NCBI GenBank assembly: GCA_035559535.1
Contig: DATMBG010000013.1
Coordinates: 1-44,017, forward strand
Length of the DNA: 44,017 bases
Reading direction: 5' to 3'
DNA from: Candidatus Limnocylindrales bacterium
GTDB lineage: Bacteria > Moduliflexota > Moduliflexia > Moduliflexales > JAUQPW01
The notes beneath the pieces were generated by a model. That model worked only from the letters and a program-made list of their open reading frames with translations. It searched no databases and was not told the origin of the DNA. The translations under genes were made by a program, and so were the position numbers. Positions 10,559 to 19,551 of the stretch are shown one piece after another (position 1 is the stretch's first letter; every line of letters starts with the position of its first letter).

Positions 10559-11407
10559 ATGAATAAAATTCTCATTATTTTTTTCTTTTCGCTATTTTTT
10601 ATTTTAGGTTGTGACGACAACAGTTCCCATAATCCCACCCTGCCTCGAGAAACCCCAACCCCCAGACCAACAGCAACACCTAAGCCAACCCCAACTCCCA
10701 CGCCGACTCCTACTCCCCTTCCTTTTACGGGGAGTGTTACCATTGTGGCTTTTGGGGATAGTATCACTGCCGGGCAAGGATCCAGTTTTGGAGGCTATCC
10801 AACTATACTCGAGCAGGATTTAGAGAGTGCTGTAGGAGGAACCATTACGGTATTTAATCAGGGAAAACCTGGAATAAACTCTTCGGAAGGGGTTAGTTTA
10901 ATCAATAAAGTCTTGCCCAGCAGAGGGATCGTCTTGATTATGTTGGGAACAAACGATGTGGTCAATCCGGGAGAATGTCCTATACCTTTCGATTGTCACA
11001 CCCTCGATAACCTGAAGCAAATGTTGGATATTTCTCGATCTCGAGGCATTGTACCCATGTTAGCTACCATTCCCCCGGTAAATCCTAAAGGAAGAGAAGC
11101 CGCCTCAGAACCCGATGTCAATGATTTGAATGGAGGCATTCGCACCCTTGCAACACAAGAACAGGTTATCCTGGCCGAGGTTCATGATACCATGGTCCTT
11201 GCCGGAGGGAGCGATCTATCTTCCCTTTTCTCAGATGGTGTCCATCCCAATGATGAAGGATATCGGGTAATAGCTCAGGCCTGGCTCGATGCATTTGCCA
11301 GGTCTAATATACTTCAGGAATTTAAAATGGAGCTGCGAAAATTGCACTCTTCTAGGAAGTTTATAACTACCCGGTTGCCAGACCTTCCCTGGATAGGTAG
11401 TAGATAA
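10559..11407 (+). CDS. SGNH/GDSL hydrolase lipoprotein with Pro-Thr linker
   Basis: Lipobox ILG|C, (PT)n linker, blocks FGDSIT, LGTND, DGVHP; start moved to ATG 10559. Confidence 0.88.
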   Translation: MNKILIIFFFSLFFILGCDDNSSHNPTLPRETPTPRPTATPKPTPTPTPTPTPLPFTGSVTIVAFGDSITAGQGSSFGGYPTILEQDLESAVGGTITVFNQGKPGINSSEGVSLINKVLPSRGIVLIMLGTNDVVNPGECPIPFDCHTLDNLKQMLDISRSRGIVPMLATIPPVNPKGREAASEPDVNDLNGGIRTLATQEQVILAEVHDTMVLAGGSDLSSLFSDGVHPNDEGYRVIAQAWLDAFARSNILQEFKMELRKLHSSRKFITTRLPDLPWIGSR

Positions 11408-11412
11408 AATGC

Positions 11413-11440
11413 TTGACAGACTCTGTTTCAGGTTCATAAT
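11413..11440 (+). promoter_or_regulatory. Putative sigma70 promoter of the moaB operon
   Basis: TTGACA-N16-CATAAT. Confidence 0.55.
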
Positions 11441-11496
11441 TTTAAAAAAGGAGAATTCGCTTGGCAATTACCCTAAGAGTACAGGAAAGGTATCCG

Positions 11497-12072
11497 ATGG
11501 ATAAACCATCCCATCATTCCCACAGCAAAGAAAAGGAATTTAAGTCCCATGAGGCGCATAAAGCACAGGCCCCTTCGAGTATTCGATGCATGGTTATAAC
11601 AGTTAGCGATACCCGGAAAGAAGAAACCGATATCAGTGGAAAATCGATTCAAGAACATTTGATAAAAAACGGTCATCAGGTCGTCGCCTATCAGATTGTA
11701 AAAGATGAAGCCCAAGAAATCCAAAATCTTCTTCGGCAAGGGGTTGCAAATCCGGAGGTTCAGGTAATCATCTTCAACGGCGGAACCGGGATTGCGCCTC
11801 GGGATGTGACCTATGAAGCCTTAGAGAGGTTATTAGATAAAAAGATTGATGGGTTTGGAGAAATCTTTCGATATTTAAGTTATAAAGAAATAGGCTCGGC
11901 AGCCATACTCAGCCGTGCATTAGCCGGGGTTTGCAATCGAAAGATAGTCTTTTCTATTCCTGGATCCCCAGGAGCTGTAGAACTGGCCATGCGCGAGTTG
12001 ATTCTGCCGGAGATGGGACATTTGGTCCGGGAAGCTAATAAAGAAGTATCCCTTAATTCTGACCAACTCTAA
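11497..12072 (+). CDS. moaB: Molybdopterin adenylyltransferase MoaB/MogA family
   Basis: TVSD, GGTGIAPRDVT, DGFGE, SRA, PGSPGAV; His-rich N-terminus; start taken at ATG 11497. Confidence 0.92.
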   Translation: MDKPSHHSHSKEKEFKSHEAHKAQAPSSIRCMVITVSDTRKEETDISGKSIQEHLIKNGHQVVAYQIVKDEAQEIQNLLRQGVANPEVQVIIFNGGTGIAPRDVTYEALERLLDKKIDGFGEIFRYLSYKEIGSAAILSRALAGVCNRKIVFSIPGSPGAVELAMRELILPEMGHLVREANKEVSLNSDQL

Positions 12073-12120
12073 CCCGATAATACCGGCAATAACTTCAAGG
12101 TATAAAGAACAGGAGATAAG

Positions 12121-12675
12121 GTGACCCTTAAATCTGACAGATGGATCAGAAAGATGTGTTTAGAACACAAGCTGATTGATCCCTTTGTAGACCGGCAAAT
12201 CCGTGATGGGGTTATCTCTTATGGATTATCTTCCTACGGCTATGATATCCGGGTAGCGGATGAATTCCGCATCTTTACCGATGTAAACGCCACAATCCTG
12301 GACCCCAAAAATTTAGATCCCAAATCCTTTGTAAATTTTAAAGGGGAGATTTGTGTCCTTCCTCCCAACTCCTTTGCACTGGCCCGGAGTTTGGAATATA
12401 TCCGAATGCCGAGAAATGTTACGGCGCTGTTAACTTGCAAATCGACGTATATCCGTTGTGGCATCTTGATTCCAACCACCGTTCTTGAAGCAGGCTGGGA
12501 GGGAATTATTACCCTGGAAGTGGCCAATACGACTCCCCTCCCTGCAAAAGTATACGCCGGAGAAGGGATTTGTCAGATTTTGTTCTTTGAAGGCGATGAA
12601 GAGTGTTTGATTTCCTACGCCGATCGTCAAGGTAAATATCAAAAACAACAGGGTTTGACTCTACCTAAGGTCTGA
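12121..12675 (+). CDS. dcd: dCTP deaminase
   Basis: [22 protein letters not shown]-x-[16 protein letters not shown]. Confidence 0.95.
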   Translation: MTLKSDRWIRKMCLEHKLIDPFVDRQIRDGVISYGLSSYGYDIRVADEFRIFTDVNATILDPKNLDPKSFVNFKGEICVLPPNSFALARSLEYIRMPRNVTALLTCKSTYIRCGILIPTTVLEAGWEGIITLEVANTTPLPAKVYAGEGICQILFFEGDEECLISYADRQGKYQKQQGLTLPKV

Positions 12676-12692
12676 AGTTGATCGGCTTTTAT

Positions 12693-12783
12693 GGGACACG
12701 GGTTTCTGGGACCTGGAGACACGGAGATAGAGAGACCTGGGGAATATCCCCGCGTCGCGGTGTCCCAGAGTCCCTGCATCTCC
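12693..12783. repeat. Degenerate inverted octamer array (GGAGACAC-type)
   Basis: GGGACCTGGAGACACGGAGATAGAGAGACC...CGCGTCGCGGTGTCCCAGAGTCCC; same family as 13845-13977. Confidence 0.6.
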
Positions 12784-12801
12784 TCTTCTTTGTGATGGGC
12801 C

Positions 12802-13584
12802 ATGCTTGCAACGTTGCCAAGAAAAAAATCGCTGGGTCGAAGGCTTTTAGCAATAGGTGTCGTCAACGCCGTGTTTTTTTGGGGGATTGGATGGTTGATC
12901 ACGTTTCTCTATAGTCCAGTTCCCTTGCTTCTTTGGCTTATAGATCGGTCTGGGAGCCGAACCCACCGCTTTAACGGATTCTGGTCACGAACGCTGCTTG
13001 CAGTTCTCCGAACGCAGGTGACGGTTAAAGGGATAGAAAATATAGATCCTCAAAAGGCCTATGTAATCCTCTCGAATCATCAAAGCACGTCGGATATTTG
13101 GGTGCTGATGGGATACCTTCCTATAAATTTTCGCTGGGTTTCTAAAGATTCTTTATTCAAACTTCCTCTGGTAGGATGGGCCATGAAGGCTGCCGGCTAT
13201 ATTCCCCTTAAACGAGGAGATCTTCGAAGTGCCGTACAGAGTCTGGAGTTGTGCAAGGAAAAGCTAGCTCAAAATATTTCGGTCCTTATTTTCCCAGAAG
13301 GAACCCGAAGTCCCGATGGGACTGTACAAGATTTCAAGATCGGCGGTGTGAAATTGGCTTTAGAAACTCAAAAACCCATTCTCCCGGTAACCGTTCTTGG
13401 AACCCGAGGGATTATCAAAAAGAACGGCTGGCAATTCAATATGGAACAGAAGATTAAAATTATTATTGATAAACCCATTTCGGTGACCGGATACACCAAA
13501 AAAGATAAGAACCTGCTCAACGAGCAAGTTCGAAAGATTATCTCGACAAACCTTCAGGAGGGCGGTCGTGAAAATCAAAGTTAA
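12802..13584 (+). CDS. plsC: 1-acyl-sn-glycerol-3-phosphate acyltransferase
   Basis: NHQSTSD and FPEGTRS motifs. Confidence 0.92.
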   Translation: MLATLPRKKSLGRRLLAIGVVNAVFFWGIGWLITFLYSPVPLLLWLIDRSGSRTHRFNGFWSRTLLAVLRTQVTVKGIENIDPQKAYVILSNHQSTSDIWVLMGYLPINFRWVSKDSLFKLPLVGWAMKAAGYIPLKRGDLRSAVQSLELCKEKLAQNISVLIFPEGTRSPDGTVQDFKIGGVKLALETQKPILPVTVLGTRGIIKKNGWQFNMEQKIKIIIDKPISVTGYTKKDKNLLNEQVRKIISTNLQEGGRENQS

Positions 13585-13831
13585 GCTCTTTGCATCCTAT
13601 CAAGACCTGGCGGGAAAAAGTGAGGTCGAGCTCAAGGTCGATCCAGGGGCTTCCGTTGCAACAGTTTTAAATCAACTGAAGGAACTATTCCCGAGACTAT
13701 CCGAGCGTTTGGGCTCTAATACTCTTATTGCCTTGAATGCGGAATACGTTTCTGTTACCAGTCCGGTCCAGGATGGAGATGAGGTAGCGATATTTCCACC
13801 GGTGAGTGGAGGAATAGGCGCTGAGATGTAA
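13568..13831 (+). CDS. moaD: Molybdopterin synthase sulfur carrier subunit
   Basis: VKLFA...DGDEVAIFPPVSGG, followed by a 5-aa extension. Confidence 0.92.
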   Translation: MKIKVKLFASYQDLAGKSEVELKVDPGASVATVLNQLKELFPRLSERLGSNTLIALNAEYVSVTSPVQDGDEVAIFPPVSGGIGAEM

Positions 13832-13844
13832 GGACTTTAGGACT

Positions 13845-13977
13845 GGGAGACGCGGAGACATGGGGACATGGAGACAGGAGGCTGTGGAGTTTTAGGATAC
13901 GGAGACGCAGAGACGCGGGGAAATATCTCCGCGTCTCTGTGTCCCCCTGTCTCTGTGTCTCCATATTCCTGTGTCCT
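13845..13977. repeat. Inverted octamer tandem array (GGAGAC[A/G]C)n...(GTGTCTC[C/T])n
   Basis: Octamer arms visible between moaD and moaE. Confidence 0.85.
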
Positions 13978-13986
13978 AAATAAATT

Positions 13987-14418
13987 ATGTATTTAATTAC
14001 CGAAGATGTCATCACTTCCGATGCCATCATCGATCAACTCCGAATTAATACGTCGGGGGCTATTGCGACTTTTCTGGGGATAGCCAGAGAATTCTCCAAC
14101 GGACGGCGGGTTGTTCATTTAGAGTACCAGGCTTATAAACCCATGGCCGAGAAAAAACTCAAGGAGATCGGTGACGAGATTTATAAAAAATGGCAGGTGG
14201 ATAAAGTCGTGATAATTCATCGGGTTGGTGTACTTAAAATCGGAGAAACCAGCGTATTGATTGCCGTAGCGGCCCCCCATAGAAGACCTGCCCTGGAAGC
14301 CTGTGCCTATGGCATTGAACGCATCAAACAGATCGTTCCCATCTGGAAAAAAGAAATCTGGGAAGATGGTGAAGTCTGGATCGAAGGGGACCCGTTTAAA
14401 GGGCCTAAAGTGAACTAA
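13987..14418 (+). CDS. moaE: Molybdopterin synthase catalytic subunit
   Basis: GAIATFLG, LEYQAY, HRVG, APHR, PIWKKE. Confidence 0.95.
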   Translation: MYLITEDVITSDAIIDQLRINTSGAIATFLGIAREFSNGRRVVHLEYQAYKPMAEKKLKEIGDEIYKKWQVDKVVIIHRVGVLKIGETSVLIAVAAPHRRPALEACAYGIERIKQIVPIWKKEIWEDGEVWIEGDPFKGPKVN

Positions 14419-14479
14419 AGGGCCTAAAGGGCCTAAAGTTGTATTTAACTTTAGCTCACTTTAGACACTTTAGACACCT
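14396..14479. repeat. Inverted nonamer array (CTAAAGGGC)n...(CACTTTAGA)n
   Basis: Left arm overlaps the moaE 3' end; right arm ends just before the pepA ATG. Confidence 0.8.
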
Positions 14480-14484
14480 AAAAA

Positions 14485-15996
14485 ATGGAATTCAAAGTTA
14501 AAACTGGAAAGTTGAAAGAGGAAGCCGCAGAGGCTCTGGTTGTAAGTACTTACGAAAAAGAGTTGGCCGGTTCGGCCAGAACTGTCGACGAAGCCCTGGG
14601 GGGTACCCTAAACAGGCTCATCGAAGCAGGAGATTTCAAGGGAAAACTTAATGAGATGGCCTGGTTATATCCTTGGGGAGAAGGAATTGCTGCAAAGCGT
14701 CTTTTAGTGGTAGGCCTGGGTAAAAGAGAAGAACTCACCCTGGATAAAGTTCGTGAAGCCGCCGGAACGGCGGCTCGGGAAATCTCGGGAAAAGGTCTGA
14801 AAAGTTTTACAACCCCCCTCTATGGAGTTGGAGTTTTACCTCACCCCATTGAAGTTCTGGTCCAAGCCCTCATTGAAGGAAGTTTACTCTCCCTTTACAG
14901 GTTCGATCAGTACAAATCTAAAAAGGAAAATGATGAAAACGGGAAGGGTATTGAGCAAATAACGGTTCTCAGTGAAGAAGCTAAGGAGGTTTCTAAACTA
15001 GAAGAAGGGGTTCGAATTGGGCAGATGGTAGCTGAGGCCACGAATTTCGCCCGGGATTTAAGCAACCATCCGGCTAACATCGCTACTCCCACCATGTTGG
15101 CCGAGCAGGCAGAAAAAATGGCCCGCGAAGTGGGATTGAGCTGTCGAATTTTATCTAAACCCGACATGGAGGAACTTAAAATGGGAGCTCTTCTTGCGGT
15201 AGCCCGGGGGAGTCAGGAGCCGCCTAAGTTTATTATTCTGGAGCACAACGCAGATAAGAAAGATCTGGATACTATTGTGTTAGTCGGTAAAGGTGTAACC
15301 TTTGACAGTGGAGGTATTTCCCTTAAGCCTGCAGAGGGAATGGATGCGATGAAGATGGATATGTCGGGGGGAGCTGCAGTCATTGCTGCTTTGAAGTGTG
15401 CAGCCGTGTTGAACTTACCTTTAAAGGTCGTGGGTCTGGTTCCGGCAACCGAAAATTTACCCAGTGGTTCGGCCACCAAACCGGGAGACATTGTAACGGC
15501 TTCCTCAGGGACGACCATAGAAATTCTCAATACCGATGCAGAAGGACGACTTATTCTGGCAGATGCCTTGACCTATGCCAAACGTTATAATCCCCGTGCC
15601 GTTATTGATCTGGCGACCCTTACCGGTGCCTGTGTGGTTGCCCTGGGTCATGTGGCCTGTGCTATGTTAGGAAATAATCGCGAGTTGATGGAAAAAGTTC
15701 GAGCGGCCTCAGAATTATCCGGAGAGCGACTTTGGGAACTTCCTTTATGGGAGGATTATAAGGAATTGATCAAAGGGGATCTTGCAGATATCAAAAATAC
15801 GGCCGGTCGAGAAGGTGGGACCATTACCGGAGCAGCTTTTCTCAGTCGGTTTACAGAGGATTATCCCTGGGTCCATTTGGATATTGCCGGAACTGCCTGG
15901 ACCGGTAAGGGTCTCAAAAAATCTTATCTTCCCAAAGGAGCAACCGGTTTCGGCGTAAGGCTGCTGGTTCAATTTTTGAGAAATTGGGGAAAGTAG
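14485..15996 (+). CDS. pepA: Leucyl aminopeptidase (M17)
   Basis: VGKGVTFDSGG, MKMDMSG, NTDAEGRL, ATLTGA, HLDIAG. Confidence 0.97.
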   Translation: MEFKVKTGKLKEEAAEALVVSTYEKELAGSARTVDEALGGTLNRLIEAGDFKGKLNEMAWLYPWGEGIAAKRLLVVGLGKREELTLDKVREAAGTAAREISGKGLKSFTTPLYGVGVLPHPIEVLVQALIEGSLLSLYRFDQYKSKKENDENGKGIEQITVLSEEAKEVSKLEEGVRIGQMVAEATNFARDLSNHPANIATPTMLAEQAEKMAREVGLSCRILSKPDMEELKMGALLAVARGSQEPPKFIILEHNADKKDLDTIVLVGKGVTFDSGGISLKPAEGMDAMKMDMSGGAAVIAALKCAAVLNLPLKVVGLVPATENLPSGSATKPGDIVTASSGTTIEILNTDAEGRLILADALTYAKRYNPRAVIDLATLTGACVVALGHVACAMLGNNRELMEKVRAASELSGERLWELPLWEDYKELIKGDLADIKNTAGREGGTITGAAFLSRFTEDYPWVHLDIAGTAWTGKGLKKSYLPKGATGFGVRLLVQFLRNWGK

Positions 15997-16041
15997 TAAG
16001 AGAGGGAGAGGGGAAGCAACTTTGAAGCGAAATTTCCCTCC

Positions 16042-16170
16042 CCTGTTAAACAGGTCACTCCTCCGGAGCTTGAAAAAACTTCTGTATGATTGAATCTCCC
16101 AACTTACCTCGAGGGCTACCCACAGTTCGCCCCGGATGGGGTTTTTATCCTTATCCTGGCCCCTATGGAA
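16042..16170 (-). repeat. Dispersed REP/REPIN-like element, inverted copy of 101-243
   Basis: Reverse complement reads GGGGCGAACTGTGGGTAGCCC...TTTTTCAAGCTCCGGAGGAG...CCTGTTTAACAGG. Confidence 0.75.
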
Positions 16171-16278
16171 GAAAGAGGGTGTTCAAAAGTAAAGCTATTC
16201 CCCTTCTTAGCTGAATGGGATTATCCCTGTCCGCCTTGAACCTGTCGAAGGGTTATTTTCTCACCTCTGGTAACCCCT

Positions 16279-16719
16279 TTAATCCGGCAGGTGATACGGC
16301 CTGTCTATCTCAAAGGGGTTTTCTAAATGGGCCCATTCCTCTTCAGGCGCATCCACGGTCAGTTCAACTACATTCCCGTCGGGATCTTCTACATAAAAAG
16401 AACGGGAAACAATATGATCTACAACACCCAAAATCTTTACGCCGGCCTTTTTGCACCGTCGGTAGAGCTCGGCCAGAGCTGTTTCATCTTCAACGGTTAT
16501 ACAGAAATGAAATAAACCTACCTGATGGGGTTGTAATGGCGCTGCATCCGGACCTACTTCAAAGAGGGCCAAATCGTGGGGATGCCCGCCTCCCCTGAAG
16601 AACAGCATACGTCGTCGTTGTCCTACCTGCTCAAATCCCAGGATGTAAGAATAAAACTCGGCCGAACGCTGAAGATCTCGCACCTTTAAAACTACATGGT
16701 TAATTCCTCTTAATTTCAC
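16279..16719 (-). CDS. VOC/glyoxalase family protein (CatE-like)
   Basis: GINHVVL, HPHDLAL, GLFHF, YVEDPDGNVVEL; GTG 16719 with SD GGAGG. Confidence 0.88.
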   Translation of the reverse strand: MKLRGINHVVLKVRDLQRSAEFYSYILGFEQVGQRRRMLFFRGGGHPHDLALFEVGPDAAPLQPHQVGLFHFCITVEDETALAELYRRCKKAGVKILGVVDHIVSRSFYVEDPDGNVVELTVDAPEEEWAHLENPFEIDRPYHLPD

Positions 16720-16819
16720 GTATTTCCTCCTCTGGAAGATAATAAATGATCTATATGGTATCAATACCTTTGCAGTTTTTAACTTGAATCCGTTAAATTT
16801 TAAATCCAATAACCTGGGT

Positions 16820-16975
16820 AAGCCCCGGAAGGGGTGGCCTGTTTATAAGAATATTCTCTCCCTTTTCCTATAGCCCCGGAGGGGGGATCTGACTATAAAC
16901 AAACCACCCCTTCCGGGGCCGGTTAAATAAAAAGAACTTCGATTTACTATAAACAGATCGCTCCTCCCGGGCTTT
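16820..16975. repeat. REP-like cluster AGCCCCGGA(A/G)GGG x2 with two inverted partners
   Basis: AGCCCCGGAAGGGGTGGCCTGTTTATA pairs with TATAAACAAACCACCCCTTCCGGGGC; second pair more degenerate. Confidence 0.7.
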
Positions 16976-17094
16976 TATAATTCAATAAAATCCATGATTT
17001 ACAAAAAAGTGCAAAGATATAGAAAATTCAAGCCCGATGTAACATTGTCGAGTTATTTCATAGATTTTGTATGAGACGACGAAAGCCGGTGTAG

Positions 17095-17508
17095 TTATTT
17101 CCTCCGCTTTGCATCCAGACTCCAGGGTCCTGCACCGGCGGCTGAGAAGTAGAGCCAGACGAAGCAATAAAGCACAGCAGGAATACCCCCATTCATGACA
17201 GGCCAGAAGCCTTGAGGGAAGTGAAACTGGAAATATGCCACAGCCATCTCGCCGGCCAGAAGGAATGCGACAGGGCGAGTAAAGAGGCCGAGGAGAAGCA
17301 GGGTACCGCCAAACACCTCCAGAAGGGCACCCAATCCTAACTGGGACATAAGCCTGACGGTGCCGCCGTCTGGGGGGATTCCGGTTGGGAAGGCGAAGAG
17401 TTTCATGGTACCAGCCGATATAAATATAAAGGCAGCCACCATGCGGAGCACACTCCGCAAGTATGGAGCCCAGGCTGACCACCTTGCAACGAGATCAGGT
17501 ACGGTCAT
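17095..17508 (-). CDS. DoxX family membrane protein
   Basis: LLLLGLFTRPVAFLLAGEMAVAYF; GAGPWSLD. Confidence 0.92.
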   Translation of the reverse strand: MTVPDLVARWSAWAPYLRSVLRMVAAFIFISAGTMKLFAFPTGIPPDGGTVRLMSQLGLGALLEVFGGTLLLLGLFTRPVAFLLAGEMAVAYFQFHFPQGFWPVMNGGIPAVLYCFVWLYFSAAGAGPWSLDAKRRK

Positions 17509-17706
17509 AAGGTATCTTTCACTTTCTTTTCCACGTATGCAGCAGGCGGGTCGGAGGCTTCGTCCCGGCCTTACTACCTGTTACCGCAGTTAGTATTTAT
17601 TTTTGAAATATTCATCCTCCTTTAAACAGAAAGAAGAGGTGAAAGTTAAAAAAAGCAATAAAAATTTTTACAAAAAGTAAAAGAAACAACAAAATAACTG
17701 ATGGGG

Positions 17707-18594
17707 TTATCGAGATCTGGGATCCAGAGCATCCCGGAGTCCTTCCCCTACCAGGTTGAAGGACAATACCGTGATGAGGATGGCCAATCCCGGGAACAGG
17801 GTCAGCCACCAGGCATCGAAGATATATAACCTCCCCTCGGTTAAAATATTACCCCAGGTAGGTTGAGGCGGTTGAACCCCGAACCCCAGGAAACTAAGCC
17901 CGGCTTCGGTAAGGATGGCTCCGGCAACGCCTAAGGTAGCAGAGACCAGAACCGGCATAAGGGCATTGGGAAGGAGATGGACGAGAATGATCCTGGAACT
18001 CTTGCCGCCTAAGGCATGGGCGGCCTGGACAAACTCCCTTTCTTTCAGGGATAGGAACTCGGCCCGGATAAATCGGGCTGTTCCGGTCCATCCCGTCAGA
18101 CCGATCACGATCATCACATTCCAAAAACTCGGTTTGAGAAGTGCGACCACGGTAAGAATTAAGAAGAAGCTGGGAAAACTGATCACGGCATCGACTAACC
18201 GCATGAGAAGGTTATCGATCCAACCTCCGAAGTATCCGGCAATACTTCCGACCAGGATTCCCACCGTTACAGCAATTCCCACTGCTACGAATCCCACCAG
18301 AAGGGAGATTCTGGCTCCATGTAACATTCTGGCCAGTACATCCCGCCCAAGTTGATCGGTTCCCAGGGGATGTTGCAGGGAGGGAGGACTCAGCTTGATG
18401 GCCATATCGGTTTCATTTGGATCGTAAGGGAAATAGATGTTTAGCTGACCCAGAAACCACACCGTAAAAGCCACCACAAACAGGAAAACGATCACCAAGG
18501 CCCCTCCAACAGCCGGTTTATTTTTCCTGAAATCTTTTAAAAACTCCCGAAAAGGACTGTAGGGTTTTGTTTCCAGGGATTCCTTCTCAATCAT
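17707..18594 (-). CDS. oppC: Peptide/nickel ABC transporter permease (OppC/DppC)
   Basis: HPLGTDQLGRD, EAGLSFLG, GEGLRDALDP; start ATG 18594 overlaps the oppB stop. Confidence 0.92.
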   Translation of the reverse strand: MIEKESLETKPYSPFREFLKDFRKNKPAVGGALVIVFLFVVAFTVWFLGQLNIYFPYDPNETDMAIKLSPPSLQHPLGTDQLGRDVLARMLHGARISLLVGFVAVGIAVTVGILVGSIAGYFGGWIDNLLMRLVDAVISFPSFFLILTVVALLKPSFWNVMIVIGLTGWTGTARFIRAEFLSLKEREFVQAAHALGGKSSRIILVHLLPNALMPVLVSATLGVAGAILTEAGLSFLGFGVQPPQPTWGNILTEGRLYIFDAWWLTLFPGLAILITVLSFNLVGEGLRDALDPRSR

Positions 18595-19546
18595 ATCGTA
18601 TTCGAGGATCTGCCCAGGCATACAGGACATCTGCAACCAGATTACCGATCAGAACCAGAACCGCGGAAATGGTGGTCAGGGTCATAATGGTAGGATAATC
18701 CCGTGATAAAACCGATTGATAGCCCAACTGACCGATCCCAGGCCAGGCAAAAACAGATTCTGTAATTACGGATCCCCCAATAAGGCCTGGGATTAAAAAT
18801 CCGAAAATGGTAATAATGGGTAATAAAGCATTTCTTAAACCATGACGATACTTGACATCATCTTCGTTCAGTCCTTTAGCCCGGGCCGTTTGAATATAAT
18901 CTTGTTGCATAACCTCTATCATGCTGGCCCGCATGTATCGGGACAGAGAGGCAATTTCCGTAATCGAGGCAATAAGAGCCGGTAAGAAAAGGTGCCAGAT
19001 CCGATCAAAGAAACTCTCCGAAGGACTCAGTCCCTCCAGGCCGAAGGTTCTGACTCCCAGAACCGGTAAACCAAGTCCTTTAACGGCAACGAGGATAAGG
19101 AGATAAGCTATCCAGAAGCTGGGTAAAGAAATGCCTACAAAGGCAAGGGTTGTCGTTACATGGTCCGCCACGGAATAGCGATGGGTCGCCGAGAAAATGC
19201 CTAAGGGGATAGCCACAGAGAAAATAATGAGCGTCGCTACAATATTCAAAAGAAGGGTTGCCGGTAAACGCTCCTTGATCTTAGTCAGAACCGGACGGCC
19301 GTCTTTAAAGGATGTTAACCGACCGGTTACCAGGTTCTTTAGCCACAACCCATATTGAACATAAAGGGGTTCATCCAGATGAAAGATTTTTCTCCACTCC
19401 TCCAGGACTTTGGGAGGAACCTTGGGGTCCATGAGCTGACCCATAGGAGAACCCGGAGCTAAATGGATCATAAGAAAGGAGATAATCGTAATTCCGAAAA
19501 GGACCGGAATACTTTGAAGGAGTCGCCGAATAATGAAAATGAACAT
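18587..19546 (-). CDS. oppB: Peptide/nickel ABC transporter permease (OppB/DppB)
   Basis: RLPAT, DYIQTARAKGL, ESVFAWPGIG, DPRIRY. Confidence 0.93.
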   Translation of the reverse strand: MFIFIIRRLLQSIPVLFGITIISFLMIHLAPGSPMGQLMDPKVPPKVLEEWRKIFHLDEPLYVQYGLWLKNLVTGRLTSFKDGRPVLTKIKERLPATLLLNIVATLIIFSVAIPLGIFSATHRYSVADHVTTTLAFVGISLPSFWIAYLLILVAVKGLGLPVLGVRTFGLEGLSPSESFFDRIWHLFLPALIASITEIASLSRYMRASMIEVMQQDYIQTARAKGLNEDDVKYRHGLRNALLPIITIFGFLIPGLIGGSVITESVFAWPGIGQLGYQSVLSRDYPTIMTLTTISAVLVLIGNLVADVLYAWADPRIRYD

Positions 19547-19551
19547 AGTCT

